Shown piece after piece: positions 26,827-36,530 of a stretch of DNA of 64,000 nt. The stretch comes from Candidatus Aldehydirespirator sp. GTDB taxonomy: Bacteria; Actinomycetota; Acidimicrobiia; Acidimicrobiales; Aldehydirespiratoraceae. The position numbers and the translations under genes are program-made. How positions within the stretch are numbered: the stretch's first letter is position 1; every line of letters starts with the position of its first letter. The notes under the pieces were generated by a model. The model made no database searches. It was not told the origin of the DNA and was given only the letters and a program-made list of their open reading frames with translations. The stretch covers positions 4,475,068-4,539,067 of the forward strand of contig OZ244832.1 of the NCBI GenBank assembly GCA_965220485.1, given 5' to 3'.

Positions 26827-28448
26827 CGCGCCGCAGCCCTCTCGGCTCGGCTGCCCGCTCCGCCCATCGCCATGCCGATCGTCTCCCTATCCAGCGGGGT
26901 CTCAACGAGTCGGCCTCGGTAGATCACGAAACACCGGTCGGAGAGGGCGGTCACTTCGTTGAGGTCCGTGGTGATCAATAGCACCGCGACCCCCGCATCG
27001 CGTTGGTTCCTGATCTGGTTCCACACGAATTCGATGGCTCCTACGTCGAGCCCTCTGGTGGGCTGAGCGGCGATCAGGAGCTGCAGGTCGGTGCCGAGGG
27101 CGCGGGCCAGCACGACCTTCTGCGCGTTCCCTCCCGACAGAGTGGAGGCCGCGGTCGACGGGCTTCGCACCGCGATGGAGAACCGCTCCACCAGGTCGGC
27201 GCCCCGAGCGGCCACCGCCCTGGGGTCGATCCAGAGCCGGCGGCCGTACGGGGCCCTGTCGATGCGGTCGTAAACGAGGTTCTCGGCCACCGACAGCCCG
27301 CGGATCAGACCGCGGCGGTAGCGATCGGACGGGATGATGCCCACTCCGGCGTCCAGCAGTTGCCGGGGGGTTGCATCGGTGACGTCGGCTTGGCCGAGGC
27401 GTATCCGTCCCGAGGCTGGCTGGCTCAGCCCGCACAGGACCGCCTCCAGTTCGGCCTGGCCGTTGCCCTCGACACCCGCGATGGTCACGATTTCGGAGGC
27501 TCGCACCTCCAGGCTCACGTCGAAGAAGTCCCTGGAGTGCTCTCCGCTGGTTCCGGGCACCGATGTCGATGACAGATCCTCGAGCGTCAGCACGGCCGGA
27601 CCCGCCGAGGCTGAGGCGGCCCTCGCGTCGGCTTCCTCGACCTCTCCGACCTCGCTCAGCATCGTCACTTCCCGGCCCACCATCAGCCGGGCCAGCTCCA
27701 GCGGGCTGGTCACCTCCGCGGGCAGCGTGGCCACGTTGGCGCCGGCCCGCAGAACGGTTATCCGATCGGCCGCGGTCATCACCTCATCGAGGTGGTGCGT
27801 GATCATGACGATGGCGGTGCCAGCTGCGGCCATGGCTTGCAACTGCTCGATCAGATGGTCTATCTCCACGGGTGAGAGGGTGGCTGTCGGCTCGTCGAGG
27901 ATCAGGATCCTCGCGCCCCGATACAGGGCCCGGAGAATCTCCACCCGCTGCTGCTCTCCCACCGAGAGGTCCCCGACCAGCGACGCGGCCGAGACCGGCA
28001 GCCCGTAGCGCTCGCCCAGGTCCTCGATGGCGGAGGCCACCTCGACCAGGTCGGGGAGCCTGATCCGGCGGCCCTCGCTGGCGCCCAAGATCACGTTCTC
28101 GGCCACTGACAGCCGCGGCACGAGCTGGAAGTGTTGATGGACCATGCCGATGCCGGCCTCGATGGCGTCGTGCGCGGACCGGAGGCGCACCCGCTCGCCG
28201 TCGATCTCGATGGTCCCCTCGTCGGGGCGCTCCAGTCCGTAGAGCAGGTTCATCAGCGTCGTCTTGCCCGCGCCGTTCTCGCCCAGCAGCGCATGGATCT
28301 CGCCGGAGTAGAGGTCGAAGTCGGCGCCGGAGACGGCGGTGACTGATCCGAACCTCTTGGTGATGCCGCGCATCGCGACCACCGGGCCCGATGCGGACCG
28401 GTCCGTGCCGCGGCCGTCCCCCGGCGGGTCCCGGTCCGTGACCATCAC
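26823..28448 (-). CDS. ABC transporter ATP-binding protein with duplicated ATPase domains (BMP/simple-sugar/nucleoside uptake type)
   Basis: The 541-aa protein has two Walker A/signature/Walker B sets (LLGENGAGKTTL; …ILILDEPTA…). It lies directly upstream of the permease-SBP gene. Confidence 0.85.
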   Translation of the reverse strand: MMVTDRDPPGDGRGTDRSASGPVVAMRGITKRFGSVTAVSGADFDLYSGEIHALLGENGAGKTTLMNLLYGLERPDEGTIEIDGERVRLRSAHDAIEAGIGMVHQHFQLVPRLSVAENVILGASEGRRIRLPDLVEVASAIEDLGERYGLPVSAASLVGDLSVGEQQRVEILRALYRGARILILDEPTATLSPVEIDHLIEQLQAMAAAGTAIVMITHHLDEVMTAADRITVLRAGANVATLPAEVTSPLELARLMVGREVTMLSEVGEVEEADARAASASAGPAVLTLEDLSSTSVPGTSGEHSRDFFDVSLEVRASEIVTIAGVEGNGQAELEAVLCGLSQPASGRIRLGQADVTDATPRQLLDAGVGIIPSDRYRRGLIRGLSVAENLVYDRIDRAPYGRRLWIDPRAVAARGADLVERFSIAVRSPSTAASTLSGGNAQKVVLARALGTDLQLLIAAQPTRGLDVGAIEFVWNQIRNQRDAGVAVLLITTDLNEVTALSDRCFVIYRGRLVETPLDRETIGMAMGGAGSRAERAAAR

Positions 28449-29353
28449 GTCTCAGCCGGGATGACGCAGTAGGTCAGCCCCATATCGGACAGCCAGCGAC
28501 GGTAGGTGATCGAGGTCTTGTCCGAGCGCACGGGCGTCTCGATCCGCGATCCCAGCGGCAGGCGCTTTGGCCTCTGGTTCTCGAGTATGGGCTTGTCCTG
28601 GCCGAAGATCAGCAGCTGGAAGCGCTTGAGCAGCCGGTCGTCGTTCTCGTCGTCGAGCATCGACAACAGCATGTGGGCTCGCGTGGTCTCCTCGTCCACG
28701 GGCTGGCAGAAGATGGTGATGGCATCCATGCGGGACTCGTCGACGGGGCTCGACTTGAAGAGGATGGCGCAGTAGGGGTGGGGCACCCGGTACACGTACC
28801 CCATGAGCATCCCGCCGTCGGCGTTGAGCGCCCCCAGCGGCTGGAAGAACTCGCAGCGGGTGGCGACTATCTCCCGCCCGTCGTCGACCACGTCGACGTC
28901 ATACTCCTTGACCTCGGTGAGGGGCTCGATGCCCAGGTAGCCGGAGTGGACGTAGGGGAAGTGGCCCATGTCGAGAAAGTTCTCCACTGCCCTCGGAGCC
29001 GATGTGTGCACGCCGATGCTGCCGGCCCACACGTTGTGACGGTCGGGCTCGCCGAACTCCGGGAGGTCGAAGAGCTCACGCGCGGGAGAACCCAGGCTCG
29101 TCCAGATGTAGCCGAAGCGGTTGATCGACGGCAGCCGCTCACCTATGGCCGCGGGGGCGAATCGAGAGCCCGCGGGCAACTCCGGGATCGATCTCCAGGC
29201 ATGGATGTCGCCGTCGGCGCTGACTCCGTACGAGACGGGCTCTTCGAGCAGCTGTGTCTCATTCACGATCCCGGGAGCCAGCTCGACGACGGCGCCGACG
29301 GGGTGCCACAGGTTCAGGGCGACCGGATCGGTGCACTTGGAGCCGGCGGTCAC
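28445..29353 (-). CDS. Rieske-oxygenase catalytic-domain-like protein lacking Rieske cluster ligands (non-haem Fe 2-His-1-carboxylate motif ENFLDMGHFPYVH)
   Basis: The GTG start at 29353 overlaps the cyclase stop (GTGA). The 302-aa protein has E-x3-D-x2-H-x4-H, as in ring-hydroxylating oxygenase alpha subunits. The N-terminal WHPV… region has no CxH/CxxH pairs. Confidence 0.5.
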   Translation of the reverse strand: MTAGSKCTDPVALNLWHPVGAVVELAPGIVNETQLLEEPVSYGVSADGDIHAWRSIPELPAGSRFAPAAIGERLPSINRFGYIWTSLGSPARELFDLPEFGEPDRHNVWAGSIGVHTSAPRAVENFLDMGHFPYVHSGYLGIEPLTEVKEYDVDVVDDGREIVATRCEFFQPLGALNADGGMLMGYVYRVPHPYCAILFKSSPVDESRMDAITIFCQPVDEETTRAHMLLSMLDDENDDRLLKRFQLLIFGQDKPILENQRPKRLPLGSRIETPVRSDKTSITYRRWLSDMGLTYCVIPAET

Positions 29354-30312
29354 AGGACGGCCACGGGATTGACGGGCGAGCCGCAGCCTCCGACGAAGGG
29401 CTCCGGGTTGGACTGGAGCAGGAACTCGTAGCGGCCCGCCTCGGCGCAGGCCCCGGCCAAGGCCTCCAAGTCCCAGTTCTGGCCCTGGGTCATGCCCATG
29501 TCCACCACGTGCAGGCAGTGCACGCCCAGCGCATCGTCCCAACTCGGGCCGGGGAAGACCTCGAAGATGTAGGTGTCGTCGGCGACCGCGGCCACATCGT
29601 TGCGCCAGAACCAGCGCACCGCGTCGAAGCCCGGGCCCGGGCTGGTGCCGTCGGCGTCGGGCCCGGTCACATAGGCCATCGCCCCCATCTCGCGGAACAC
29701 CTGCATCCGACCGGTGCGCAGCAGCACAATGTCTCCAGGGCGAATGCGCACCCTCCCGAATTCGGCGGCCTCGTCGAGGTCGTCGCTTGTGACCTCGTGG
29801 TCGCTCGGCAGACGACCCAGACCCTTGGCCGCGCACACGTCGAGCAGCACTCCCCGGCCGGTGAGGTGGCGGACGTTCTCGATCCCTAGCACCGTGGCGC
29901 CCCCCATGGGGTTGATCGACGAGATCGGCACACCGTTGTAGAGGGTGTTGTCGTAGCTCACGTGGGACAGGCCGTCCCAGTGGGTGGCGGCCTGCAGAGG
30001 CATGGTCACGATGTCGTCGGAGAAGTGGGGGACCAGGCCCTCCCCGTCGGCGTCGCCGAGGTCGGGGCTGTGGATCTTCACCATGGCGTGCAGCGGGTTG
30101 ATTCGCCCGTGCATCTGGCCGATCTGCACCCCGTCGGAATAGTTCAGGCTGAGGGCGCACGACACCCGCCGGCCGGTGCGGACCAGCGACGCCGCGTGGG
30201 CCACGATGTCGTCGGTGATCAGGTTGAGCGTGCCGAGGCGGTCGTCGTCGCCCCAGCGCCCCCAGTTTCGGACCTCGTCGCGCACCGTGAAGAACTTGTC
30301 AGTGAAGCTCAT
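29350..30312 (-). CDS. cyclase-family protein (kynurenine formamidase-like metal-dependent hydrolase, PF04199)
   Basis: The 320-aa ORF has …AATHWDGLSHV… and …GRGVLLDV… motifs typical of putative cyclases. Confidence 0.7.
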   Translation of the reverse strand: MSFTDKFFTVRDEVRNWGRWGDDDRLGTLNLITDDIVAHAASLVRTGRRVSCALSLNYSDGVQIGQMHGRINPLHAMVKIHSPDLGDADGEGLVPHFSDDIVTMPLQAATHWDGLSHVSYDNTLYNGVPISSINPMGGATVLGIENVRHLTGRGVLLDVCAAKGLGRLPSDHEVTSDDLDEAAEFGRVRIRPGDIVLLRTGRMQVFREMGAMAYVTGPDADGTSPGPGFDAVRWFWRNDVAAVADDTYIFEVFPGPSWDDALGVHCLHVVDMGMTQGQNWDLEALAGACAEAGRYEFLLQSNPEPFVGGCGSPVNPVAVL

Positions 30313-30488
30313 GGATTCCCCCGGCGCCCTGAGCGGGTCGAGTGTCGGTTCGAGCGGGGAGCAGGACTGTTGTCGTCGGTGCGTGCGGCACGGTCGGGAT
30401 ACTAGCTTTGGACCATGTTCGGCCTGACGTCGGTGCTCGAAGGCTCATCGTTGCGGCGCGCGTGCGTTGTCGGCCCGGGAGCGCCAAC

Positions 30489-31028
30489 ATGACCTGGCTG
30501 TACGCCTTCATGCTGGCGGCAGGGGCGCCGCTGCTGTTGTGGTTCGTGTTCAGCGGCGGCGACGCCGAGGTGGAAGCCGGCGCGGAGATGGACGGGCTGT
30601 CGGAGGTGTTCTCGGTCATCTCGCTGAGCAGCCTGGCTTTCGTGGCGACGTTCTTCGGTGCCACCGGATTGGTTTCGGAGTGGCTCGGAACCGGCGCGGT
30701 GTTCACGCTGCTGCTGGCCGTCGTGGTCGGCGTGTTGGCCGGCGCGCTCAACAGCGCCGCGTTCGCCTACCTCCGCCGCAGCGAGGCCTCCAGCGAGGTG
30801 AGCGACCGCGAGATCGAGGGCAGCATCGCCCGGGTCTCTCTGCCCATGTCGAACGAGCGGCGCGGCCGGATCGTGCTCACCGTGGCCGGGGCCCGCACCC
30901 AGATGACGGCCGCGCCCATCGATCCCCTCGCCGGCGATCAGAACATCGAGGCCGGTGCCCGGGTCATCATCGTGCGCATCGAGGGCGGCGTCGCCCTTGT
31001 CACCCGCCTGGACCCCGAGCTGGAATAG
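30489..31028 (+). CDS. NfeD-family membrane protein (short form, OB-fold C-terminus)
   Basis: Two to three N-terminal TM helices precede a C-terminal beta-rich domain (…ARVSLPMSNERRGRIVLTVAG…VIIVRIEGGVALVTRL). It is located upstream of a flotillin gene. Confidence 0.7.
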   Translation: MTWLYAFMLAAGAPLLLWFVFSGGDAEVEAGAEMDGLSEVFSVISLSSLAFVATFFGATGLVSEWLGTGAVFTLLLAVVVGVLAGALNSAAFAYLRRSEASSEVSDREIEGSIARVSLPMSNERRGRIVLTVAGARTQMTAAPIDPLAGDQNIEAGARVIIVRIEGGVALVTRLDPELE

Positions 31029-31097
31029 GCGGCTGTCGGGCGTATGCGAGCTTGACTCCTAGGCCGCGGAGGAGGCGAGTCTCCCCTTCCATCGTGT

Positions 31098-31124
31098 AGG
31101 TCATCGCATCGCTGTGACCTACCG
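31098..31124 (+). other. perfect 8-bp-stem hairpin (GTAGGTCA-N11-TGACCTAC) in the nfeD-flotillin spacer
   Basis: Seen directly in the sequence; located ~70 nt after the nfeD stop. Confidence 0.35.
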
Positions 31125-31351
31125 GTGGTGCCGGGTCGCCCAGGCCACCGGGTACGTCCCCAGGAACCGGCATGAGTTGGTTCATTTCTCAGCCAACCTC
31201 CGCGGTTTTCTCAGACACAGGTCACTGTGACGCGTTGCTGGGCCCTCAAGCAATCCTCAGGTGACCCTCACTGGCTCCCAGGAGGGGCTGGTACGCTCGG
31301 CCGGGCAGTGGGCTTCTAGAGACGCGCGAGACGCGTGGGAGGGAGAGCGCA

Positions 31352-32650
31352 ATGTCCTCAGCAATTCTGGCCGGTATCGCCTTAGCGGCGGCGGTGTTCT
31401 TCGTAATCCTCATCGTGAGGTCCCTGATCGTGATCTGTCCGCCCAACCGGGTGGCGGTCATCTCGGGCCGCAAGCGAGCCCTGTCCGACGGGCGCATGGT
31501 GGGCTATCGCATCCTCAAGGGCGGCCGAACGCTGCGGATCCCGCTGATCGAGAGGGTCGCCTGGATGGACCTCAACACCATTCCACTGGACGTGTCGGTA
31601 CAGAACGCCTACTCGCGCGGTGCCATCCCGCTCAACGTGCAGGGCATCGCCAACGTGAAGGTGTCGAGCGCCGAGGGCCTGCTGGAGAACGCCTGCGAGC
31701 GGTTCCTGCACGTCGGAAGTGCTCAGATCGGCCAGATCGCCAAGGAGACCCTCGAGGCCAACCTTCGGGGTGTTCTGGCCACGCTGTCGCCCGAGGAGGT
31801 GAACGAGGACCGCCTCAAGTTCAGCCAGCAGCTCATCGACGAGGCCGACGACGACATCAAGACCCTGGGCCTCGAGCTCGACGTGATGAAGATCCAGAAC
31901 GTCACCGACGACGTGACCTACCTCGAGTCGGTGGGCCGGCGCCTCACCGCCGAGGTGATCCGCGACGCCCGCGTGGCCGAGGCGACCCGAAAGGCCGAGT
32001 CCGAGCAGGCCGAGGCCGAGGCCCGCCGGGCCGCGGAGATCGCCGCCATCGAGGCCGACAAGGCCATTGTCGAGGAGTCGAACGCGCTTCGCGTGCGCAC
32101 CGCGGAACTCGAAGCCATCTCCAGGGCCCGCGAGGAGGAGGCGCTGGTGGCCGGCGAGACGGCCAAAGCGGTCGCGAGCCAGGAGCTGGAGAGCGAGCGG
32201 ATCGAGCTGGAGAAGCGCCGGATCGAGGCCGATGTGGTTGTCCCGGCCCGAGGTGATCTCGAGGCCCGCCAGCTTCAGGCGCAGGCCGAGGCGGCCACGA
32301 TCGTCGAGGACGGCAAGGCCCAGGTCGAAGTGTTCAAGCGACTCACCGACCAGTACCAGGCGGCCGGTGCCGATGGCCACGACGTGCTCGTGCTCAACAT
32401 GCTGCCGGACCTGATCGACAAGATCGTCTCCACGGTGCAGAACGTGTCGATAGACCGGGTCGCGGTCGTGGACACCGGCGGTGGCGGGGGCGGCAACGGC
32501 GACGGCGGCTCGCGAGGGGGGATCCCGGGTCTCATGAGCCAACTCCCGGCGTCGCTCGTCGCGATGACCGAGCAGATCGAGGCCGCCACCGGCGTGGACA
32601 TCCTGGCTTCGCTGCGCAGGCGCGACAGACCGCACGGCGACGAGGGCTGA
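31352..32650 (+). CDS. flotillin-like SPFH-domain protein (FloT/YuaG-like)
   Basis: The 432-aa protein has an N-terminal TM helix, an SPFH domain, an Ala/Glu-rich coiled-coil (EA repeats) and a Gly-rich tail. Confidence 0.85.
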   Translation: MSSAILAGIALAAAVFFVILIVRSLIVICPPNRVAVISGRKRALSDGRMVGYRILKGGRTLRIPLIERVAWMDLNTIPLDVSVQNAYSRGAIPLNVQGIANVKVSSAEGLLENACERFLHVGSAQIGQIAKETLEANLRGVLATLSPEEVNEDRLKFSQQLIDEADDDIKTLGLELDVMKIQNVTDDVTYLESVGRRLTAEVIRDARVAEATRKAESEQAEAEARRAAEIAAIEADKAIVEESNALRVRTAELEAISRAREEEALVAGETAKAVASQELESERIELEKRRIEADVVVPARGDLEARQLQAQAEAATIVEDGKAQVEVFKRLTDQYQAAGADGHDVLVLNMLPDLIDKIVSTVQNVSIDRVAVVDTGGGGGGNGDGGSRGGIPGLMSQLPASLVAMTEQIEAATGVDILASLRRRDRPHGDEG

Positions 32651-32688
32651 CAGCGCAACCCGGTCCTACCGGCATTCGGTGACGGCGC

Positions 32689-33600
32689 GTGCGCGGGTAC
32701 CTCGACGGCAAGAACATCGCCGTAACCGGCGGCGGGGGCGGCATCGGGCGCGAGGTGTCCCTGGCCTGCGCCGCTGAGGGCGCCAACGTCGTGGTGGCCG
32801 ACTACGGCGTCGCCTTGGACGGATCCGACCCGTCGAGCGAGGTGGCCGAGGCGGTGGTGGAGGAGATTCGCAGCTCCGGCGGCCAGGCGGTTGCACTGGA
32901 GGGCGACGTCTCTCGTTTCGATGTGGGCACCGAGATTGTCGAAACAGCCTGCGACCAGTGGGGGAGCATCGACGGCGTGGTGTGTGCCGCGGGCGTGCTG
33001 CGCGAGCGGATGCTGTTCAACATGAGCGAGCAGGAGTGGGATCACGTCGTGGCCGTTCATCTCAAAGGCCACTTCAACGTGTATCGCGCCGCACTCGCCC
33101 GGATGCGCGAGCAACCGTCGGGCGGCTCGCTGGTGGGGTTCACCTCCGGCGCGGCCATCGCTTCCACTGCCCAGGCCAACTACTCGGCGGCCAAGGGCGG
33201 CATCATGAGCCTCACCCGCTCGGCGGCCATGACTGCGGCCTCCGTACGGATGCGGGGCGGGCCCGCCATCAACGCCAACTGCATCGCACCGGTGGCCCGC
33301 ACCCGGATGAGCGAGAACGTCCCGTTCGAGATGGAGACCGGCGATCCCGCGGCAGTGGCTCCCATGGCGGTCTACCTGATAAGCGACGCCGGCCGGGATG
33401 TCAACGCGCAGATCTACAGCGTCGTAGGGCGGCGGATCTCGGTCTGGAACCAACCCCAGGAGGTGCGCTCGATGTGGTCGGCCGGCGAGCAGTGGACGCC
33501 CGACGAGATCGCCGAGCAACTTCCCCGGACCATAGGGCAGGAGCCCAACTGGGTGATCGCCGACCTCGAGCGGCGCATGGCCGAGATGGCCGGCAGCTAA
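32689..33600 (+). CDS. SDR-family oxidoreductase
   Basis: GTG start. It has the motif VTGGGGGIGRE and the catalytic Y-x3-K (YSAAK). Confidence 0.8.
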   Translation: MRGYLDGKNIAVTGGGGGIGREVSLACAAEGANVVVADYGVALDGSDPSSEVAEAVVEEIRSSGGQAVALEGDVSRFDVGTEIVETACDQWGSIDGVVCAAGVLRERMLFNMSEQEWDHVVAVHLKGHFNVYRAALARMREQPSGGSLVGFTSGAAIASTAQANYSAAKGGIMSLTRSAAMTAASVRMRGGPAINANCIAPVARTRMSENVPFEMETGDPAAVAPMAVYLISDAGRDVNAQIYSVVGRRISVWNQPQEVRSMWSAGEQWTPDEIAEQLPRTIGQEPNWVIADLERRMAEMAGS

Positions 33601-33603
33601 GTC

Positions 33604-34413
33604 ATGGGTGCGGAGCCGGGCGACTGGCCCTGGCCGGCGCCTCCCACGGAGCCGCCCGGGCGGGGACTGCTCGAAGGCAGGCGGGTTGTCGTCACCGCTG
33701 CGGCCGGCGCAGGCATCGGCTCGGCAGTGGCCCGCCGAGCCCTTGTCGAAGGCGCTCGGGTTCTCATCTCCGATGTCCACGAACGGCGTCTGGCTGCCAC
33801 CTGCAATCAGTTGGAGGCCGAGACCGGATCGCGGCCCGGAGCGGTCACGTGCGATGTGACGTCTGAGAGCGACGTGCAGGCTCTGATGGACTCGGCCGTG
33901 GACGAGTTGGGCGGCATCGATGTGATGATGAACAACGCGGGCCTCGGCGGCTCGGTCCGACTGGTGGACATGACCGACGAGCAGTGGTCGGCTGTTCTCG
34001 GCGTGACTCTCGACGGCACGATGCGCTGCACGCGGGCCGCGCTGCGTCTCATGATCGACGGGGGCACCGGCGGCGCCATCGTCAACAACGCCTCGGTGGC
34101 GGGCTGGCGGGCCCAGGTCGAGCAGGCCCACTACGCCGCGGCCAAGGCGGGGGTCATGGCTCTCACCCGCTGCGCGGCGCTGGAGGCCGCCGAGCACGGG
34201 ATCAGGGTCAACTGCGTGGCGCCCAGCCTGGCCTGGCACCCGTTCCTGGCCAAAACCACCGACGAGGCGCTGCTGGCCGAACTGGCCCCCAAGGAGGCCT
34301 TCGGCCGGCCCGCCGAGCCCTGGGAGGTGGCCAACGTGATGGTGTTCCTGGCCAGCGACCTCGCCGGCTACATGACTGGTGAGACGGTCTCGGTCAGTAG
34401 CCAGCATCCGTGA
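33604..34413 (+). CDS. SDR-family oxidoreductase
   Basis: It has VVTAAAGAGIGSA…, NNAG, and YAAAKAG catalytic motifs. Confidence 0.8.
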   Translation: MGAEPGDWPWPAPPTEPPGRGLLEGRRVVVTAAAGAGIGSAVARRALVEGARVLISDVHERRLAATCNQLEAETGSRPGAVTCDVTSESDVQALMDSAVDELGGIDVMMNNAGLGGSVRLVDMTDEQWSAVLGVTLDGTMRCTRAALRLMIDGGTGGAIVNNASVAGWRAQVEQAHYAAAKAGVMALTRCAALEAAEHGIRVNCVAPSLAWHPFLAKTTDEALLAELAPKEAFGRPAEPWEVANVMVFLASDLAGYMTGETVSVSSQHP

Positions 34414-34563
34414 CTGGAGAGAGCGACGCGATTGATCGAGCCGGTAACAGCGGCCCATACTGCGGGTACTGCGGCCACTGCATCGCTGGCGGTGCGGTGG
34501 CCCGTCTGGCAAGGTAGTTGTGTCCCGATGCCCGATCACCCGGCCTCACATGGAGGAATAAGA

Positions 34564-36399
34564 ATGCTTGCTCGATTGACTCAAGAACGTTCAGCGTGCT
34601 GGTTGGCGGTGTTCTTGGCGCTCGCTCTGATCGCAACCGCATGTGGAGGCGGGGGTGACGACGGCGAACCGCAGCCCTCTGGGGCGGTGGAGACCACCGA
34701 GACGGCCGCGCCCGCTGCGCCGGACGAGCCCGTCGACGATGACGGCGAAGAAGCGCCCGCTCCGACCGACACGGAACCGGACGATGAGCCCCTGGTCGCT
34801 CCGGTGGACACGACGACCACGACCACGCCACCCGACGACGGCGAAGCCGTCACCGAGGCGCCCGCCGAGCCCGAGCCGCAGTTCGGCGGAACGCTGCGGG
34901 TGGCCGTCGAGGCCGAGGGCGATGGCCTGAACCCCGCGGCCAACAGCTTCGCGGTGGCGGCCTACGTGATGACCTACCCGGTGTTCGATCCCGTCGCCTA
35001 CTGGGACAAGAACGGCAAGTGGATCCCGTATCTGGCCGAGTCGTTCACCCCGATCGACGGCGGAGCGTCATGGCAGATGAAGCTGCGCGAGGGCGTGCGT
35101 TTCCACGACGGCACCGAACTCGACGCCGACGACGCGGTGGCCACGTTCGAGGCCCAGCTCGCCGATCCGATCGTGTCGCTCGCCATCCGCCCCTTCTACC
35201 CGGCGACCGGAGCCGTCGAGAAGATCGACGACCTCACCGTCCAGTACAACCCGATCCACACGTACTCCGCCTTCCCGCAGGTCATAACCGGCCAGCTCGG
35301 GATGATCGCCCCGTCGGAGTGGCTGGCGCGCGCCGCGGAGGATCCGGCACTCAACCAGATGCCCGTCGGCACCGGCCCGTTCATGCTGGAGAGCCGTGTC
35401 CAGGACGATGTGACAGTGCTGGTGCGCAATCCCGACTACTGGGCAGCCGACCTGACCGACATCTACCTCGACCGCATCGAGGTGTATCCGATCACCGACA
35501 CCGTGATCGCTGCGGAGCGTCTCGCCGCAGGCGACATCGATCTCATGGTCACCAGCAACTCCGACGCCATCCTGACGCTGCGCGAGGCCGAGGGGGTCCA
35601 GACCATCGAGAACGTTCGCTCCAGCGAGGACTCCGCGATGATGAACACCGAGATGCCCCCGTTCGACGACATCAGGGCCCGCCAGGCTCTCACGTTCGCC
35701 ACCGACCGGGACACCTACGTGTCGCTCATCCGCCAGGGAACCGCGCCCCCGGCCGACACGATGTTCCATCGGGACCTCATCTGGCACAACCCCGACGTCA
35801 AGCAGGAGACGAACATGCCCGAACGAGCCGGTCCGCTCGTCGAGGCTTACTGTGCCGACAATCCCGACAACTGCACCGACGGCAAGATCAACATGGAACT
35901 GCAGTTCTCCGGCCCGTCGGTGGCCCAGACCCGCATCGCCGATCTGCTGATCGACAGCTGGGAGGACTACTTCAACGTCACGCGGGACGAGATCCTCCAG
36001 GACGACCACATCACGGAGGTGGTCCTGGGCGTATACAACGTAGCCACCTGGCGGCAGTTCGGCGCGGTGCACCCCGACAACGACGTCCTCTGGATCACCT
36101 GCCTGGCCATCAGCTTCATCGCCCTCAACTTCCCCCGCTACTGCGACGAGGAGCGCGACGCGCTGATGTACGAGGCGCGCGCCATCGACGATTTAGATCG
36201 GCAGGTGGAGATCTGGCACGAGGTCCAGGAGAACATGCGTGACGCTTACACCTACATCTTCTTCAACCACGCCAACTGGACCATCGGCGCCCGCGAGAGC
36301 GTCCACAACATCTGCGGCCAGACTTCCCCGGCGGACGGCATCGAGCTGTTCTGCAACAACCAGGGCCGGGTGCAGCTCCATCAGGTCTGGCTGAGCTAG
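34564..36399 (+). CDS. ABC transporter substrate-binding lipoprotein, family 5 (peptide/nickel, DppA/OppA-like), with ~90-aa acidic Thr/Pro-rich linker
   Basis: A GGAGGAATAAGA RBS precedes the start. The signal peptide has the lipobox LIATAC. A family-5 SBP core follows (…GTGPFMLES…). Confidence 0.85.
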   Translation: MLARLTQERSACWLAVFLALALIATACGGGGDDGEPQPSGAVETTETAAPAAPDEPVDDDGEEAPAPTDTEPDDEPLVAPVDTTTTTTPPDDGEAVTEAPAEPEPQFGGTLRVAVEAEGDGLNPAANSFAVAAYVMTYPVFDPVAYWDKNGKWIPYLAESFTPIDGGASWQMKLREGVRFHDGTELDADDAVATFEAQLADPIVSLAIRPFYPATGAVEKIDDLTVQYNPIHTYSAFPQVITGQLGMIAPSEWLARAAEDPALNQMPVGTGPFMLESRVQDDVTVLVRNPDYWAADLTDIYLDRIEVYPITDTVIAAERLAAGDIDLMVTSNSDAILTLREAEGVQTIENVRSSEDSAMMNTEMPPFDDIRARQALTFATDRDTYVSLIRQGTAPPADTMFHRDLIWHNPDVKQETNMPERAGPLVEAYCADNPDNCTDGKINMELQFSGPSVAQTRIADLLIDSWEDYFNVTRDEILQDDHITEVVLGVYNVATWRQFGAVHPDNDVLWITCLAISFIALNFPRYCDEERDALMYEARAIDDLDRQVEIWHEVQENMRDAYTYIFFNHANWTIGARESVHNICGQTSPADGIELFCNNQGRVQLHQVWLS

Positions 36400-36530
36400 A
36401 CCACCGAGCCCGGTGCTGCTCCCGTCTCCGGTCATGGCTGTGCTGGCGGGTGGGTAGCGCCCTCTGGCAGAGCTATACGCTTAACGGCTCCGTGCCGGTT
36501 CGCGTGTCTCGAGTTGGAGGGCGAGTGGAG

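Noticed and set aside
28445-30160. 571-aa ORF covering both cyclase and oxygenase-like genes
   Set aside because: It is a run-on. The upstream 320-aa cyclase is in a different frame. The true downstream gene starts at GTG 29353.
32275-34539. 754-aa minus-strand ORF
   Set aside because: It is antisense to two well-supported plus-strand SDR genes. Its low-complexity Arg/Gly/Pro composition is typical of spurious high-GC antisense ORFs.
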